From NCBI RefSeq assembly GCF_001194135.2, contig NC_069003.1:104760-148192 (forward strand): a stretch of DNA of 43,433 bases, in the 5' to 3' direction. The DNA comes from Octopus bimaculoides (Eukaryota). This document shows positions 22,801 to 36,600 of the stretch, piece after piece (positions within the stretch are counted from its first letter, which is position 1; each line of letters starts with the position of its first letter). The notes beneath the pieces were generated by a model that was given only the letters and a program-made list of their open reading frames with translations, was not told the DNA's origin and searched no databases. The translations under genes were made by a program, and so were the position numbers.

Positions 22801-25800
22801 TAGAACCAAACCATTGACCTGTATTATTAATCTTTTTATAACTTGCATTGTTTTGGTTTCAAAAGGACAATATTTAAAACATTTATTAAAGATGCTCTTC
22901 TAACCTGTGGGTTTTTATCTTGGCTTCTTCTTCCAAGTCATCTTCCATTGTAGCTTCATGGATAAGTAGATCACAGTTTTGACCTGAAAGAAGAAAATAG
23001 TCATTCATTTTTAAAGAAAATATCCTGCCTGTTGTTGTTGTTGCTGTTTAGAGCCAAGCCAAACCAAAAATGAGGCGGGGGTGGGGGGTGTCAGTAAGTC
23101 TGAATGGTTAAGAAGTTTGCTTCACAATTCTATGACACTGGTTCAATCCCATTGCACAGTACCATAACCTTGAGTTGGGCAATAACTTGTGAGTGGAATT
23201 TGGTAGATGGAAACTGTGTAGAAACCTCTTGTATATAATGTGTGTGTATGTGTAACCAAATATAAATTGTTTTAGTCAGTTTTCTCAGTACATTCTGTGA
23301 AGTGGATGGCATTGGGAAGGGCGTCAGACAGGAAAACCATGCTAAAGATGACACTGAAGCTCAACATGGCCCCAGGGCACATCAAAACGTCCAGCCCATG
23401 CCAGCAGAGAAAACATTCTTTATATGATGACAATGATTATATATATACGTACATATATATATATATATATATNNNNNNNNNNNNNNNNNNNNNNNNNNNN
23501 NNNNNNNNNNNNNNNNNNNNNNNNNNNNNNNNNNNNNNNNNNNNNNNNNNNNNNNNNNNNNNNNNNNNNNNNNNNNNNNNNNNNNNNNNNNNNNNNNNNN
23601 NNNNNNNNNTATATATATATAATATATATATATATAATGAGCCTTTTTCAGTTTCTATCTACCAAATCCACTCATAAGAGTGGATTTGATAGCCCAGAGT
23701 TATGTAGAAGACACTTGTCCAAAGTGCCACCGAGTGGAACTGAACTTGAAACTATGTGATTGGGAAGCAGACTTCTTTACCATGCAGCCATGCTTATAAG
23801 AGATAGAAATAAGTAACTAACCAGCATTAATGAGCCGTTCACAGGGCATTGTGTCTCCAGAATAGACTACTGACCAGTCAGAGGTATGAGCTAAAACTAC
23901 TCCAAATGCATTTTTACAGTGGTCAACCTCAACAGGGACAAACTGGAAAAAGAGTAAAAGAAAACTTTAAGTGATTCAGAAATGTCAGTTCATACTGCAC
24001 TGTACAGATGAGAGAGAAATGAAGTATTACAAAATTAATTCAACTCTGTAGGCCCAAGGCTATAGAAGACACTTGCCCAATCTGTCACCCCGGTCACTCC
24101 CATCCTCTCTTCTAATGTGAGTAATCATGTAGCTGGCCCCATTTTTCATATTTTAACCCCCTCATCTCAAAGCATAAAGCCACCACCCTTTCTACTGTAG
24201 CTCTGCTCAAGAAAAGGAAATCTTTGTCTTGCAAACTGCAATCACCAAAAGATATCCAGTTTACACTCTCAAAGTGGTGGGCATTAGGAAGGACACCCGA
24301 CTATAGAAACGATGTCAAAGCAAACAGTGGAGCACAATGTAGTCTTACTTGATCATGTCTAACTGTCCAACTCATACCTCCATGCAACATGGAGATTAAA
24401 CAACGATGATGATGATGATACAGGTGAAATATTTTAACGTATAAACATTTAGGTAGCGTACTTCATCATACATAGAAACATCAAAGATAACACAGGGAAG
24501 CACACAGATTCAAGAGTCATATACCAATATACATTATTCACAAGTAACAAAAGTAGTAGTAGTAGTAGTAGTAAGAAAAACAATTCGTAATGCCAGAGAT
24601 TCTCTTACCTTTGACAATTGTAAGGCATTTAGAACTTCTGTGAGCATTTCTCTATTCACTTCTGATTGATGAGGTAATATACTCTGCAGAGGAATTAACC
24701 TGAAAGTGAAGACAAAAAAACAGTATATATAGAAATACATGATAGGTTTAACATCCACTTTTCCATGCTTGAATGGATCAGTCAAAATTTAGTTGAGATT
24801 TTTCTAGCTGTATGCTCTTCTTCTTCTTCCCAAACTTCATCTATTTTCATGCAAGCTAATATTTCCCCCTAATTCTTTGAACTTCATTCATTGATCACTG
24901 ATTTCTATGGTTTCCTCTTCAGTACCTCATCATGATGACAATGATGACATACAGCAGTATGGCAAGATCAAGACTCCACTTTTTATAGAACAACAAAGGA
25001 TGCAGCTGAAAGGGTAACTGGAAAACCATGAATTGCAACAGTTCCCATCCATGCTACACTTTCTAGACGTCCACAAAAGAGAGAAGCAGTAGTATTTTAT
25101 TGTTACAGGTGCATGTGACATCTTGATTTTCCACATGCATTGCATTATAGTAGAGTAGGTCACACACACACACACACACAGAAAGAATTTCCGAAATGTT
25201 TTTTTCAACTAAATCCTACTCAAAAGTTATTAATCAACCTCAGGCAATGGTAGAAGACACTGGCCCAAAGTGCCACATTACAGTGGAATTGATTCCAGAA
25301 ATACATGTTCCTGAACCAAATTTCTTAACACTTGATGGAGAGTGAATTCTACTGAATGTACCCAAGGGACAGATGGTAAAGTTAAACTAGGCAACAGCTA
25401 ACAGTCAAGCACTTTACAGTTATTCCTCTCAATGTTAGTATAACGATGCTACATTCTATGGAAAATACTTACTTCACAGCCTGCTGTAAGTTCTCAATGT
25501 TTGACATGTAGAAATTTAACCATCGTCTGATCTGAATTGGAGAAAGCAGCAGAACAGGATTTACAGTTTCTTTACAATTTTTGATAAATTTTTGACGATC
25601 ACGTAGAATACCAAACAAGCCCTAAGGATGCAGAAAAAGATTAAAAAAAAAAAAAAAAAAAAAAGAATATCAAATATTGTCAGTTTAAAAATTAAATCAA
25701 AAGTAAGACTTATCTTGAGAAATATGAATCTGGATAATTAATTTATTACTTCAACAGACAACCATAAATTTTTGGGAACGGTTATAATTGATTATGTCAA

Positions 25801-27647
25801 CTGCAATATTTGACTGGTACAACATTTTATTGCCTCACCACTCTCAGAAATACAAAAGGTAAAGTTGACTTTACTAGAGAAAGGAGATGAAGATAAGTTT
25901 ACAATAATAAGCATTTTAAGGTCATTTTTTTTTCAACTAACAGAGTGATGGTTAACATTGAGAGGGAGTTCATTCTAAAATTAGGTTAAACATTGTTTCT
26001 TGCACAAAAGAGTGCTTGGTTCTTGTTTCTTGGTCCCAAACAACAAAACTTCTTGGACTACAGTTATGTGTGGTTCAAGACCTAGTACGACTACAAGCAT
26101 TGCCACTGCTTAATGAATTCATTACACCTAAGAATGGTTGTTTTGATTAATATTTGTTATAAGAAACAATGTGGTTAGCAAAAGACATGACAAGTATAGG
26201 AATCCTAGATTTTCTGGAAAAAGTTAAGACGAGAAAAGTATGAAAGTTATGGTAACATAAACAAAAAAAGCATTATTATGACTAATAAGAGAAACAATTG
26301 ACAAATTTTATTGAAAGAACATACCATGTGATGATCAGCATGCATATGAGAAATGAAAATGGCTTTTAGATTGCGTAGGATGTGGGCAGAATTTTCTTCA
26401 CCATAATGCCGATAAAGCTGACCAGCAGTTCCTTCACCACAGTCTAACAATATGTAGTTGTCTGGCCTGTAAACAAAACAAAAAGATTGGAAGAGAGTGA
26501 AAAAAATAATGATGAAGGCTAAATTTGTTTGAAATTTATCATTTAAAATGCATTTTTACCTCAGAGAATACACAATAAAATGAACAGCAAAACTAGAATA
26601 AGGTTAAGGCAATAAGTGTGTGTATCAATGTTCATTGAGTTTGCATTGAGTATATTCCAACCAGTGGAACCACAGCACTATAAACAAAAGCTAACCCTGA
26701 TTGGCAATTAAGGTTTTCGTTTTGTCCACCATGGAGATCATCAGCCAGCTGCAGTTCCAACACTGAACATCATATATGCAAAGACCAAACTCTCACTTGA
26801 TTGTACCAATTTTACATTTTCAGCTCCCAACTTAGTCACTGCACCATCCTGAAAGAGATCTTTAGCATGATTGCATCATAAACAAGTTCTACAGGACAAA
26901 CACATCTGAGATGCAGTTACACCAAAGATAATGTACAATATTAAAGACATTCGTGAATGGATAAGTTTATAATTAGTGAAATCCAATGTTTTAGAGGAGA
27001 GCCATCGACAAAGAGAGAAATTGATTTTGTTAATTTATCCAAATAATAATATTCATATAGAGAAACTCTAACATTCCACAGCCTTTATGGATCGGAGTCC
27101 CTTCTGAAGGTTGTGGTGCATTAAGAGAAAATCAATTTGATGGAACTCCTCCATCTCCTGGTTATTGACTGAGGCTTGAAAATGCAAGGGGTAAAATAAT
27201 GGAGTGATTTACTAGTTTTAAATACGTGTGTGTGTATTCACACATGCACACACATTTCATGTGAAGCTGAGTTTTTCTTTCATTGCTACTCAGAGTTTCA
27301 ACCTGAAATAATATATAAACTATTTTATGTATTGAATACTTTTGTACTTCAATTTAATCAAACTCCTGAACTTTACTTGTAGAATTATCAACTGGATAGT
27401 ATTAAAAAACATTAATAATAAAATGAAGCGAATACAGCATGTAGATCTTAAATAGCAAATATAAATATAATATTCAATTTGTTTTAGGTATCAGTTTTTA
27501 GAATAGGTACAATATATCCCGGCATTTCATTAGAGGCATCCAAAAGAGTTGGTAAGGGGAAGACCATCCAGCTGTAAAACACTGCCTCAAAAGATCCTGT
27601 CCAATCATGCTAGTATAGGAAAGTGGATATAAAAGTGATGATAATTT

Positions 27648-27730
<83 letters not shown>

Positions 27731-30700
27731 TTTAATGCACTATGATCATTCAGAGAGAGAGAGAGAGAACTTTAAAAAATAAAGTAAAATTTAAAGGGAA
27801 GAAGTTGTGAAATTTCCAAAGATGGTTAGGATTTAAGATATTTTCCTTGACTCAATCTTTTTTTTTTTCACTGTTCATCTGTCTCCCTATCTGTTTGCAT
27901 TGTCTCTCAGGCTTCCCTTAAAAAGGGAGCTGATACACAAGGTATGAATAGCTGTAAGGGTACTTACTCTATCTGAACAAGGATACCACTAACATTTCTC
28001 CGTTTACTTGGAACTGAAGAACCAGTTCCTAAGAACAAAATTTCAGGACCTTTGGATGCCATAGGTTTCTCTGAAACGATGAGAAAAAGGAAAACTTATT
28101 GCATGTTTGCTGTTAATGTAACAACTTGTAGCAAAAGTAAAAAAATACAATAAGATAGAATAAAATGACAGCTAAACCTACAGAAAATGGCAGCCAAATC
28201 TGCCTCATATCATACCTTACTACTTTAAAGCAAAAAGAAAAGCAGACGTGTTCGACAATGTTGCTCAGGTTAGAAACAAAAGAGAAAACGAATTGGTCAT
28301 GGTTGGAATGTCTTTGTCTGTTTAAATCAGAGCTGAGTTGGAGCAAAACAATAATAAAAAAAAAAGATGAGGTAAAACTGGATAGTCACGGATGGAACTC
28401 CTATGAGGATAGGTGTGCTGGATCAGGGCCAGCCTGGGGTCGAAACAACAAGATGTCTAATGGTGGTCAGCATCAGCTGAGGAGTTACTTTGATAAAGTT
28501 CGAAGTAGATCATGGGTTTTAGAACAGGTTTCATGGTCTGGTGGTCAGCAACTGAAACTCTCTTTCCTTTCAAGTTTACTTGGTAAAAATAAGATGAGTG
28601 AACGCTGAGCAGGTTTAACAATAAAAACCCGTCAAATGATGGACGAACAATGGTTAACCTGACCTGGAAAGAGGCAGAATATTACACTATAATTTAATTA
28701 CTAAGCTGATGGGCTGCCAGAATGTCCTTCCTATCAGCCACTTTATTGCATCAAAGATGGAGTGCATTGTATTTGAATACAATCACTCAATAAGTTGTCT
28801 ACAAAAAGAATCCAAAATGTTGTCTGGACTCACCAAGATTCTGTGAATGTTCTTTAACTTTTACATGGAATTCTTGAAGTTGTTTTTCAAAACCTTTCAT
28901 TTTCCAAGCCTCTCTTATGAACTCAGCATTATTCAACTCTAAACATTGGTCACTGAAATTCAAACATGAAAAAATAGAATTAAAATTAAAACCCTAGGCT
29001 CAGGCATGGTTAAGAAGTCCACCTTGTGACTATGTTGTTCTGGGTTCAATCCCAATGCAAGGTTCCTCAGGCAAATATCTTCTACTATAGCTTCAAGTAA
29101 ACCAATGCCTTGCAAGTGGCATATTGCTAGTTGCAATCTACAGAAAGACAATTGCTTTTCTGATTGCTTGGGTGTGTGGAGGTGGGGGGTGAAGTTGCAT
29201 CCTTTTGCATCAAAATATAAAACTGAATCATTTGATAAAGAGAGAGAGAGATCAGTGAAATAAGTATTAGGTTGCTATGGTTACGTTTAAGCCTTTTGGG
29301 ATGATGTAAGTAATTCAGAAAAAGAAGAAGTAGAAGGAAGAGCAAAGATGAGTGAAAGTAGGAGGCAGAAACAGAAAGAAGCAGATAAGAGATGGGAGAG
29401 GTGAGGAGAGAGAGAGAAATTAAGGCAAAAGAGGGGCAGAGAAGTAAATGAGGGAAAGAGAAGTGAGCAACAAGGATTTAAAAGAAAAGTGAACAAAGAG
29501 GAAGAAAGTGTGAAAAGGGCCGAAGAGAATTGATTACTAACTAATTGAACCCTTTCCGTGGTCGTACAAAGAATTTCAGATTCGTGCTGGCCAGTTGGAC
29601 ACTGTCTTCTGAAGCCGAGTCATTCACTGTTGTTGCCTTTGAATTCTCAGGTCGTTGGTGATAAAGCAATGGAAAGATCGTGGGACTGAGTAGATTCAAC
29701 ATGGCCTGGATTTTGTAAGAACCAAAGTTAGCCACAGAGCTGGTGCTTTCATTCACAATGAGATGGCTTGTGCTGCTGGGAAACCTGAAAAGATATGGAT
29801 GACAAAATCAGTCGCATGTTGGACAAAAACCTTGTGCTACATGAACATTTTATAATTATGCTTTTGTTTGAATAGTAGCACCATTGGTGAGCAGGATTCC
29901 TTCAGTTTTTCTTTGTCTCAGCTATATATCCATTTTCCATGTGAGCATGGGTGGGAGAAATTTCGAAAGTTTGGACAACAGCTTATTGGTGCAACAATTG
30001 TCTTCATAATTGGACAGAAAATAGGAATTTGTTGTCAATCAAATAAAATATGCAGCATAGTGTTGCATGCCTTGCACAGATACACATTGCAATAGCTATA
30101 CTGGAAGTCTGAAGTAGCTAGTCATAGTCCAGTAGCAAGACAGAAGTATAACACTTTAACCTTGTGGTCACTGAACCACTTCAATGCTATTCAAAAACAA
30201 AATTATTCAGGGTTGTCACATAATAAAATGACATGAATGACAGGGCTGTTAATATTTATTATCAAATAATGAAAATGGAGCACAGCCTGTGAAACAAGGA
30301 ATGCTTCAAGCAAAGCTTAATATGATAAACAAATGGAGGATTTCGATTTTTTCCCTACCTTTTCATCCATTTTTGGTATTTGGGATGTGAAATTACTTCC
30401 ACACCAGACATATGCACCACAACATCAGCAGGTAGGCGCTGGTCATCATTTTCAACTTGCAATGAAGCAAGGGACTCACTTGATAAAAGGGCATCCAAGT
30501 AGTTGATATTAGGGCATTCAAGAACTAAGGGTCGAAAAAAAATATATATATCAATATTAAAAAAAGAAAAAAAAGATACAAAACAGATGTTTAAAATATG
30601 AATTATTCCTTATAAAATAACAAATATGAATAAATTCTATTGTTGTCATTTGTTGTTGACATTATTCTTATTAAGATGGCAGAATTGTTGGCCAGGAAAA

Positions 30701-33562
30701 AAGGCTTAGCAGCATGTTGTCCATCTTTACATTCTAAGTTGAAACTTTGCTGAGACCAACTTTGCCGTTGATCCTGTTGGGGTCGATAATTAAGTACCAG
30801 TGAAATACTGGGGTCAATGTAATCGACTAGTTCCCTCTCCCACAAAATTTCAGACCTTGTGTTTATAAAAGAAAGGATGAGACATGGCACAGACATGAAA
30901 AACATGAAGAAGCTATTGAAAAATAATGCAAGCATGTTAGTTTGATGTGTAGCGTTGGCCTGCATGAAGATCAGGAGATTAATTGAGTATTTAAGCCATC
31001 AGCCAATGTGTGAAAAAGAGATTGTTGTATTGGTATAGACATGTGATGTGAATGAACAGTGAGGGTGAGGTAAAATAAATGTCATGAGCTGTTAGGAGAC
31101 AGTAGTTCTAGAAGAGGAAGTTTGAGGAGGTCTTGGGATGAGTGACAAGATCCAACTCAAAAGATCATAACAATTAATGATGTTACCGCACAGAAAACTC
31201 GACCAACCCATGCTAATCAGGAACTTAACATCTATCTTTTAAGTCCCTTCAAGACATGATAAAAATGTGCTGAGATCTCTATTACTAGCAGATGTAATAT
31301 AAATAGTTATATAAATAGCAAACAACTCACCCAATAAAGAATATGGCTTCTCAACTTCACTAAGTACTTGATCAGGATGAATCTGATGAAGAATTTTAAT
31401 AAATTCAATAAATTTAACAAATAATATTAATGGGAAATATTTAAATGATAGGATTGATCTGCAACTAGAAAACAGCAGCTACTGTACTTCATATAACAAT
31501 GAAATCATTCAAGCCTCACGCTTACCACAGTTCCATTATCTAGCGTCACAGAGGTTTCATTCTTTAAAATTCCCAGAAGTGGCCCTCTGTAAGAAAAGAG
31601 AAAAAGAGAGAATAAATGAATTTTAATTTCACTTCAGTAAAATGGCTTTTCATGTTTAAAGTAAAAGAATCAAGCAAGAGTAAATATGAAGCAACATCAG
31701 TTTGTTTAACATCAAAACTGTAAGATTGCATCTGTAGCTGAGACATCTAACTCTACTGAAAGACTGCATATACCTAACCCTAACCCTAACCACAGCAAAT
31801 GGAGGAGGTCATTTATAATTCCAAGAATGTATGGGTGGGGTGCACATTATCATAATTTTGTCAGCTTAACCAGAAAAATTTAATATTTGTATGAGGGATG
31901 ACAAAGCTGAATGAATCTACATCACTAAATGATTAATTGCATGCTTTCACTGCACTATCAAGCAGTTTTGTGCGCCTTCAGGATGTGCAGTGATTTGTTT
32001 TTGCTTCATAAGCAGTAGTAGTGGTAGTTCTTCTCATTATTATTATTATTATTATTATTACAAGTAGTAGTAAGGCAAAGAGCTGACAGAATCATTAGCA
32101 TGGTGGCAGGCAAAGTGCTTAGCAGCATTTCATCCATCTTCATGTTTTGAATTCAAATTCCACTGAGCTCAACTTTGCCTTTCATTCTTTCAGGACCAAT
32201 AAAATATGTACCAGTTGAACACCGGGGTCAATGTAAGAGACTTATCCCCTCACAGAAATTGCTGGCTTTGAGCCAAAATTTGAAACTATTATTATTATTA
32301 TTATTATTTCATTAGAATATTGGGCAAAATACCTTGAAGTATTTGTTCTGGTTCTTTATATTCTAAGTTCAAATACCACTGAGATCAACTTTACCTCCTT
32401 TCATCCTTATGGGGCTAACAAATTATAATTCTTGTCAGGTAATGGGATTGATGTATTGACCAATCACCTGACCCTCAAACATCTTGTGTCTATCTAAGCA
32501 GGGAAGGGTCAGATACTGCATGTGTTCCATATGCTCGCAGAATAAATTAACGCTGAGGTAGTCTCAACTACAAACCCAGTGATACCCAAACCAAAACATT
32601 TCATCTGCTTCCTTAGAGCTGATCAAAGCTACTCCATTTAAAACAACAACCATCAGAGGAATGAAATCTTAAAGTCAGCTTTTGTTGGATATTTCAAAAC
32701 GGTTACAAAGTTCCCATACTGACAATAAACATAATTAAGTTTGAACCTTTTGCATAAAGAAGGATGAAGGTGAAAAGAACAAAACCCATTTTGGTGCTTA
32801 CACAGGAACTCCAAGATCTACACACTTCTCAAGATTCAATCGACGCCGAGCAGGATGAGGCTGGAAACGAAGAAACTTTTTGTTAATTTTCTTGTCACAG
32901 CATTCACATCTAATAGCAAAATCATAATCAAAGTTGGTGTGGCAGGCATCAATACTTGTAGAGTGGTATTAAATTTTGGGAGAATGTAAACCACAAGCTA
33001 ATTTATGCCATTTTGCATGTATTGTTAATGTCCTATGAAAATATATACTTTTCGTATTTTCAAGCATTGTCCAATGTGTCATTTTTTCAAGACAAAGGGA
33101 AGTAATTTGAAGCAGCTGCTACTTCGTCTTGTAGTTCAAGGCTCCCTTTCATGGAGTAACATTTTACATTTGCCTCACGTCCTATATTTTATAATAAAAT
33201 CAAATCAAACAGAATCAATAATTTTTTGCAGAGATTTATTATTCCACCCAGATATTTGCATAGACATGTAATCCTTAATCGAAAATTTTACAGAAATTAT
33301 TAAAGAATGTGAAGGTTTATACAACAAAATTATATTAGAATTTGATGCATCAAGTTATTTTTTGCTCACTAATAACATTATGTTTTAACCATAATTCTAA
33401 TCCTGGCAAATACGTTTTTTGTTAAAAAATGCCTTCTATGTTTTGCATAGATAAAAAAAGAAAAAAGCCTCACTTACTGTACAAATAAAGGCCATGGCAG
33501 CATCTAATTCTTCAACAGAAAATCGCATTTTCTTAGGCGGTGCTGTAATGAAAGGGATCAAA

Positions 33563-33603
<41 letters not shown>

Positions 33604-36600
33604 CAGGCAGAAACTACATGAAAATGTCACAAAAAAGATGAATTAATAAACAAAAAGATATGAAGAACAATTTTAAAGTGCGATAACATTTAAATATTTA
33701 GATACACTAATGACAGTATTCATTTTGCTGTAGTTAAGCAACTCATTAGGCAATTCGTTCAGTTTTTAATGAATTTAATATTATTCAGCCAAATGAGATC
33801 TGAGATGGATCTGTAAATCCTTCGGCAAAGACTGACAACATCATCATCATCATCATCATTCTTTTTACTGCTTTCAGTCACTGGGCCATGGCCGTACTAT
33901 GAAACAACCTCAAATGACAATTATATATCATCCCCCAGGACTAGCAAACGGCTATTTATTGCATCAATCTCAAGAGAATGAATGACCAAGTTGCCCCAGG
34001 ATTGGTGTTTTCCTTTCGATTTCCAAAACCTCATCTCTTCTCTTCCTCTTCATTCTTCCACTCTATTCTAACACAGATTACCAAATACCTAAAATTATCA
34101 GGTCAATAATAATATCCTTAATATTAATAATAAAAGCCCTGACGCAGTTCCAGGCAGTGGCTCTCATGGCTTCTGATCTTTATTGATTGAAAAGTGTTAA
34201 TAAGTACATGTTTTGTCTTAGTGTGAAAGATGGGCTACAGCAAATATTCTGCTCAATACCACAGATTTGCTTGTCAGTTGTTTGACCTTAACCAGTTGAG
34301 CATGTCCCTTGGTGGCTGACGATATGTGCATCTCTGAGAATGAGAAGGAGTAATGGAGGAGTATCCTAGCCATGTGCAGGGATTCTTAGAGGTTTGAATA
34401 ATTCACCTCTGGAAACATGGGTATTTCATTCATCTTTAAACAACACTTATTCAGGAACATTTTGAGCGGGAGGGGCTATTTGACCGAGAGAAAATTCTAA
34501 CTCGGCCCCACTTGCAAGGCCATACACTTTTTATCTTGATATGAGATCATCATGGTGTGCACATATAGTTGTGGGGGCAATTTGTACAACTGAACCCTTC
34601 ATGACAGAGCCCCAGTTATGCCAACTGGACAATGACTGGTGAAAGTAAAAGAATAAAGAAATGAAAAAAAAAGTGAAACATGGAAATTGTGATTTTTCAC
34701 AAAAACACAGGTGTATTCAGAAGTAGAGCTCCTTTTAGAAGAGTTGCAAGGGGCTGATTAGGGTGGAGTGGAGAAGAGATAAAAATAGGGATGATGAGAT
34801 ATTTTATGTGGACCCTCAAGATACAAGGCAAACAGAAGTTAATAAGAAAAGAAAAACCGTCTGTGTGGATGGGAAGAGAATATGGAAGAGTGAGTGCAAT
34901 GGTGAATCTAATGAATGAACAAGTGTTAAGGGATACATAGAGGAGGAGGAGGTAAGGAAGATTAGGTGATGTTCAGCCCTAGCACCAATCCTTCTCCATA
35001 CTCTCCTTCATATATTCATACCAAGGTGAAGTTAAAAAACAAAAGAAACTTTCTTATCTCCAGTGATGTTTGTATTTGAACTGAAAGCTAGATAAAGCTT
35101 TTTACTTGACGATACAGTTGTTATGTCTTCAGATAACAACAATGTAATCAGCCAATGTAAAAATGATAAAACAAATTTCATGGAGTAACGTTTGAAATGT
35201 TTTAACAATTCTTTTCCCCTGAAAGTTGACAATATTTCATTCTTTCTTACCTGGGTCACTGTTTTCGGTCAAGTTTTCTTTTAGTTTACACATCTTAGCT
35301 CTTTCTGTTGCAATGGCATTTGGTAGAAGGGAAACATATTCTATCTTAAAAGCAGTGTCTTCATAAATACCCATATCAGCTTCACGTTTTTCTACAGAAG
35401 AAAAAAAAAAAAACAGAAAGCATTCAAAGTGCAAATAAAAATGATTTCTAACCCTGACAAGCAAGACCATAAAGATTGAAGAAGAGTAAAACTGAGTAGA
35501 TTGACATGAAAAAGGAGATTTAGTAATAAGAAATAAGAAATAATAATAATCTTTTCTACAGAAGGTTAAAGGCTTGAAATTTGGTGGGGAGGGGGATAGT
35601 CGATTACATCGACCCCAGTATTTGACTGGTATTTATTTCATCAACCCCAAAAAGCAGAAAGGTAAAGTGAACCTCAAAGAAGAAGATGGCAAACACCAAC
35701 AGGATTAATTTTTTTGTGGTCAATATCTTCATTCTATTTGTTGACCACTTTCATCAAAGAAATTTCAATGAATATCTTATAAGCAATCTTACCTATACAG
35801 ATGTTTGAATTCTCTGCAAAACTTTTGGCCATTCGAATTGATTGTTCCTAATGAAAAGACGGTAAACATGGACATAAGGAAAACAGATAAAAGATTTTAG
35901 ATTTGAATAAAAAGTCTAATTACATTTCAGTTAAAGACATAACAATGAAGATAACAAAAAAAAGAAAAAGAAATGAGATAGTTCTAAAGATTTGCTAAAG
36001 TTTGGATTCTTCAGTGTATCATCATCATCATCATCATTTAATGTCCACTTCCCATGCTAGTATGCGTTGGACGATGTAATGAGGACAAACTATATTGATG
36101 TCTTATTTTGGAAGATTGTCAGAAAGCAGAAGAAATAACATAAAAAGAATTAGATTCATCAAAAGAGCCAAAAGACCGATATGCAAGTAGCAAGTTGTAA
36201 GGAGCAGAGACTTTAGCACTGAAGTGATTCCAGCCATGGCAAACAGCCTGAAGTGGAACATACCTCACAAAGATGACTTGAGCTAAAACACTAAATCAAA
36301 GCCCAAAGCCTTCAGTGATAAAACACCATTAACATTTTTGTTATCACCTCTGCTTCTATAATACAAACCCACTAATTTTTTAAGTATTCCTATTTAAATG
36401 AAAACCTTTCATCATAATTTTATGAAAAATCTTTTGTTATGTCCTAAACATTAGCCTAATAATTAAAAAAAAATAACTATTTCATTAAATCTTCCAAATT
36501 CTTGATTATTTCCAAATTTAATTGAAACATGTAAGACTATATTTTATTAGAAATCATCATCATTTAACGTCTGCTTTCCATGCTAGCATGGGTTGGACGA

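Noticed and set aside
23100-23245. tRNA gene suggested by B-box-like GGTTCAAT
   Set aside because: No cloverleaf; the motif belongs to tRNA-derived SINE heads present in several copies.
24925-25030. ATGATGA...CTGA, box C/D snoRNA-like motifs
   Set aside because: On the strand antisense to the host gene, no terminal stem or evident rRNA guide, and GAT runs are ubiquitous here.
28165-28608. 147-aa plus-strand ORF, the longest unexplained call
   Set aside because: Antisense within an ELAC2 intron, no recognisable motif, partly overlaps repeat-derived sequence; consistent with chance.
31774-31790. Interstitial telomere
   Set aside because: Only about 2.5 TAACCC units; too short to call a telomeric array.
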